From positions 219,651 to 283,650 of the forward strand of contig JAGMDC010000003.1 of NCBI GenBank assembly GCA_023128895.1: DNA of 64,000 nucleotides, read 5' to 3'. The translations under genes were made by a program, and so were the position numbers. Position 1 is the first letter of the stretch; each line of letters starts with the position of its first letter. The notes under the pieces were generated by a model. It did not search any database. It was not told the origin of the DNA and saw nothing but the letters and a program-made list of their open reading frames with translations. The DNA is from Candidatus Parcubacteria bacterium (lineage in GTDB: Bacteria; Patescibacteriota; Minisyncoccia; Minisyncoccales; JAGMDC01). This document shows positions 61,015-64,000 of this stretch, one piece after another.

Positions 61015-62535
61015 TTATGAGATTTCAACCTTAACTGTCATAAATACAGACCCTTTAATTCCAATTTTTTTGTGGTTTGCTTTAATATAATTCTGAACAT
61101 CTTTGGGTATGTCTAAATTTATATCCCTCAACGATCTTACAGCCCTCACCCTGTATTCAAAACTTTTTTTTCTATTTTCAACATCGCTGGCTATTTTATT
61201 AGCCAAGCCATCTATATAATCAAAACCAGTGGCAACACCCTCTGTTCTTGCAGAGCCAATAATGGTTCCATCCTTAACAATTATTTTATTAAAGCCAGCC
61301 GGACCGATCAACCGCTTGCCTTCCTCTATCTCAATAATTTTCACTTTAACATCACGAGTGTTTATTTTACCCTTCCAGGCAATAAATTCAACAGGCGCAA
61401 TCTTGTCCTTGTGCTTTTCAGCTGTTTTTTTAACCATTTTCGCTATTTCCTTTCCTATTTTTGTGTTCGGCTTTTTTATAATATAAACTGAATCCGCTAT
61501 TGCCTTGTCTGAAAATTTTGCTTCTGAATAAAACTGGGGAAACATTAATTTCCGTATGTCATCATATCCCTCCAAAACCATTGCCAAACGCTCAATCCCG
61601 AACCCGGCGTTAAACACGGGATATTCTATTCCGAAATTAGCCAGCGATATTGGCGAATACATACCAATATCCCCTATCTCAAGCCATCCGCCTTTATGCT
61701 TTACAAAAATCTCTTTCTCTAATTCATCTGCGTAATACTTGGATGTTGCCTGTTTTTTTACAAATTTTACTTCTTTGAAGCCGATTTTTTCTATGAGCTG
61801 TTTTACAATCTTTGCGCCAGCGTCTAAACTCATTTCAGGATCCATTATAACAATAGAAGCAGAATGATGAACGCGCAAATGACTCGCGTCTTCTTTTTGC
61901 TCGTTCCTATATCTCAAACCCAATGAAAATAAAGCAATCGGGAAATCTTTTTTGTTCTGCAACGCGCCAAGAGTATGATACCAAACAGCGGTCATATGGC
62001 TTCTTAGGGTAAGGTCTGTAATCTGGGGTTTCAATTTCTTGAATTCTGAAAATAAAGTAATAATCCCTGTTGCCTGCTCTGTTTTTATATTTAATTTTTC
62101 AACCAATGTTTCTGTGAGGTCATCGCTCTCTATTTTGCCCTTTTTATAGTCCCTGAGAATTTCTTTTAATTTTGCCTCGCTGAATTTGCCTATTAGCTTT
62201 TTTATTTGCAAAATTTTTTCTTTGCCTAGTCCTATGTCCGGTCTTGGCAGTTTTGCTAAATAAAACACTCTGTCTAATATCACCGCTGCTTCAGGCCCGT
62301 ATTCCCTATAAACATCTTCTGCCGGCAAAATGCACAAATTTTCTGTTTCGTCAAATCCAGTGTGTAAAAAAATCCTTCTTAATTTGTCAGACATTTTTCT
62401 AAAAACATGTTCCTGCCCGTGCCTTTCTCTGAGATTTACCTGCGTTTTTTTTGGCAATAACCTGGCTGTTTCCACCCAAGTTTTTTCAAAATCCTTTTTC
62501 GCGTCCTCTTTAATTTTTTTGATATTGAGTTTCAT
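61015..62535 (-). CDS. sepS: O-phosphoserine--tRNA(Cys) ligase (SepRS)
   Basis: 506 aa, collinear with archaeal SepRS as I recall it (AVILDRVFYLAKLPRPDIG, LTLRSHMT, SKYY, GFGIERLAMV, YDDIRKLMFPQ). Confidence 0.85.
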   Translation of the reverse strand: MKLNIKKIKEDAKKDFEKTWVETARLLPKKTQVNLRERHGQEHVFRKMSDKLRRIFLHTGFDETENLCILPAEDVYREYGPEAAVILDRVFYLAKLPRPDIGLGKEKILQIKKLIGKFSEAKLKEILRDYKKGKIESDDLTETLVEKLNIKTEQATGIITLFSEFKKLKPQITDLTLRSHMTAVWYHTLGALQNKKDFPIALFSLGLRYRNEQKEDASHLRVHHSASIVIMDPEMSLDAGAKIVKQLIEKIGFKEVKFVKKQATSKYYADELEKEIFVKHKGGWLEIGDIGMYSPISLANFGIEYPVFNAGFGIERLAMVLEGYDDIRKLMFPQFYSEAKFSDKAIADSVYIIKKPNTKIGKEIAKMVKKTAEKHKDKIAPVEFIAWKGKINTRDVKVKIIEIEEGKRLIGPAGFNKIIVKDGTIIGSARTEGVATGFDYIDGLANKIASDVENRKKSFEYRVRAVRSLRDINLDIPKDVQNYIKANHKKIGIKGSVFMTVKVEIS

Positions 62536-62576
62536 AATTATGAATGAGGAATAAATGGAAAAATAAATTTTTACAT

Positions 62577-62670
62577 TTATTCCGAGCGAGTAATTATGCG
62601 GCTTTGCCGCAATAATTTAGGAGTGATTTATTCCGAGCGAGTAATTATGCGGCTTTGCCGCAATAATTTA
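62577..62670 (-). repeat. tandem pair (period 51 nt) of the GCGGC-AAA-GCCGC palindrome unit upstream of SepRS
   Basis: ttattccgagcgagtaattatgcggctttgccgcaataattta occurs twice (62577-62619 and 62628-62670). Related to the R3 core. Confidence 0.8.
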
Positions 62671-62866
62671 TTTATGCGGAGAGGCAGGGATTCGAAGAGT
62701 TGCCCGAAGGCGGTGTTTCGCTTCGCTTCGCTTAGCGAAACGCGGGAGCAGGGTTCTCGCCGCACCTCTGCCTAATAAAAATTATCAAACGCCTACGGCG
62801 TTTAGAATTTTTATGCGGTACCTTTTGGTTAAAATCCGAACTTTTTTTGACGAAAATCCGGACTGC

Positions 62867-62944
62867 GAACTTTGACGCTCGGGCGAGGCGGAATTCCCCC
62901 CTTCCGCCTCGCCCTCGCTTCCGACGGCGATTTTTTCGGCGGGC
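62867..62944 (+). ncRNA. GC-rich hairpin-plus-terminator element, copy B (sRNA-like)
   Basis: Perfect 13-bp stem GGGCGAGGCGGAA/TTCCGCCTCGCCC, followed by TCGC...GCGA and T6. Confidence 0.4.
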
Positions 62945-62945
62945 T

Positions 62946-63530
62946 TTATCCAACTTGTCTAATCCAATCCCGAATATACATTCCTACTCGTTCTATATCT
63001 GTTGGTGCAAGTTCGCCACTATGCATAATGATATTGCGCGACTTTTCTAGTGTACCAATAATTTGTTTCGCCCAGTCTATACTACCAATATGAACTTCAA
63101 AAAATTTCCAATTTTCTTGCTTTGCCATAATAGAAATAAGATCTCCAAATTCCGTATAATAAATCATTGAGTCGCCACGAGGCGTGAGCCAACGCACATC
63201 TTTTTCCGATTTTTTCCGATTTTCTGCTTTATCGCGAATTTCTTTTTTTACACAAATTTCCCACCATTTTTCTCCTTTTTCTTCAAGTAATTTTTTTGCA
63301 ACAAATTCTCTTACTGAATTTTCAAATGCGCAAATAGCGGTATATACAACAGCCATTTTCCTTGATTTTACAACAAACCCCTCGTCCATGAGGGGAATAC
63401 CAAGTCGTTTGGATATTTCTAGTTCCCATGCTTCAGAAAAATCTCCCTTTGGTTTTCTTCCAGCCTTATCAAGAGCTTCCTCTGTTAGAAGTCCCCTGAA
63501 AGCAAAAGAATATAATTCATCATGATTCAT
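62946..63530 (-). CDS. HEPN-domain protein (Swt1/Abi-like)
   Basis: C-terminal R-x4-H motif (SRNIIMHSGEL). 194 aa, with a 1-nt gap to the upstream gene. Confidence 0.55.
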   Translation of the reverse strand: MNHDELYSFAFRGLLTEEALDKAGRKPKGDFSEAWELEISKRLGIPLMDEGFVVKSRKMAVVYTAICAFENSVREFVAKKLLEEKGEKWWEICVKKEIRDKAENRKKSEKDVRWLTPRGDSMIYYTEFGDLISIMAKQENWKFFEVHIGSIDWAKQIIGTLEKSRNIIMHSGELAPTDIERVGMYIRDWIRQVG

Positions 63531-63531
63531 A

Positions 63532-64000
63532 TTAAAACAAATGCTTCTTTAAACTTTTAAACAAAGCGTCATATACAGCTGGGTCCCTTGATTCTGGTAA
63601 ATGAATTTGAATATTATAATGAAGCTCGGTTTTTTGTAGTTTTCCATTTTCCATTCCATTAATAGGTTCCTCTTCAATCTCTTCTTGGGTGGGAGCAACT
63701 ACTGATTCTGCTTTATGTTCATCTATTTTTTCCTTTTTAGTATCTTTTTTTACCGTTGTTGTACCCCATTCAGCGTAATCAACTAGGGCTTTAAATGTAT
63801 TCGCCATTAAATGAAGTACTTTTTCTGAAATTTTACCTTGTGTTAATGTTTTAAACTTATTTTTTACTTCCGACTGAGTAAGTTCATTTGCTTTCGTATT
63901 AACGGCGAATAAATCCCCATATGCTTCTTTAACGGCTTCTGCCAGCACTTGTTTTGATTGTGATTGATCTAAAAATTTAAAGTATCTTTCTGTCGGTACA
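63532..64000 (-). CDS. hypothetical protein, 5' end beyond window
   Basis: The reading frame stays open upstream of the track start (GTG 63948) to position 64000. C-terminus YNIQIHLPESRDPAVYDALFKSLKKHLF. Confidence 0.45.
   Translation of the reverse strand, partial: VPTERYFKFLDQSQSKQVLAEAVKEAYGDLFAVNTKANELTQSEVKNKFKTLTQGKISEKVLHLMANTFKALVDYAEWGTTTVKKDTKKEKIDEHKAESVVAPTQEEIEEEPINGMENGKLQKTELHYNIQIHLPESRDPAVYDALFKSLKKHLF

Noticed and set aside
62536-62800. T-box riboswitch leader upstream of the aminoacyl-tRNA synthetase-like SepRS gene.
   Set aside because: No T-box consensus (AGGGUGGNACCGCG-like), specifier loop/GA-motif arrangement or terminator/antiterminator pair could be found by eye on the minus strand.
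62732-63093. Arg-rich ORFs 62732-62953(-), 62847-63050(+) and 62872-63093(+).
   Set aside because: They run through the GC-rich hairpin/terminator element and overlap the well-supported HEPN gene end. Their composition (poly-Arg, Pro/Gly runs) is typical of translated structured RNA or GC-rich repeats.
1-64000. Alternative genetic code (UGA recoding, as in some CPR lineages).
   Set aside because: TGA clearly terminates well-defined genes. It takes part in ATGA stop-start overlaps (161-164, 1563-1566). The anti-sigma gene stops with TGA at 4813-4815. Long conserved proteins (PurL, TypA, DnaG) are intact under code 11.

Overview
Low-GC, gene-dense window, with about 90% of genes on the minus strand. 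The gene content looks like a small-genome CPR/Patescibacteria-type bacterium; that taxonomic reading is inference only. The standard genetic code fits, since TGA works as a stop in several ATGA overlaps. I support about 73 protein genes, 2 tRNAs and several repeat and regulatory families.

Housekeeping blocks:
- purM-purL
- typA, csp
- rpoD-dnaG
- a base-excision-repair cluster (UDG4, EndoIII-like, DUF763, YjbQ, Fpg)
- an ECF sigma/anti-sigma unit
- a CsoR-type operon
- an AmmeMemoRadiSam trio

Accessory region (about 29-53 kb):
- A C5-methyltransferase R-M module with Vsr and a controller protein. Its methyltransferase is fused to a complete, apparently self-cleavable LexA.
- A three-gene cluster of a KAP P-loop NTPase plus two Cap4/DUF4297-like nuclease proteins (one of 1224 aa). 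I regard this as the best candidate for an undescribed defence system.
- A Cas4-like nuclease and a DUF3644-like gene.

Other notable items:
- An archaeal-type SepRS - tRNA-Cys - SepCysS operon in which the SepCysS homologue contains no cysteine at all.
- A tRNA-Asn(GUU) interrupted by a 199-nt group I intron, followed by repeated copies of the tRNA 3' end.
- Several families of conserved intergenic repeats, leader cassettes and GC-rich hairpin elements.

All family assignments come from motif recognition by eye. No HMM, BLAST or folding computation was run.
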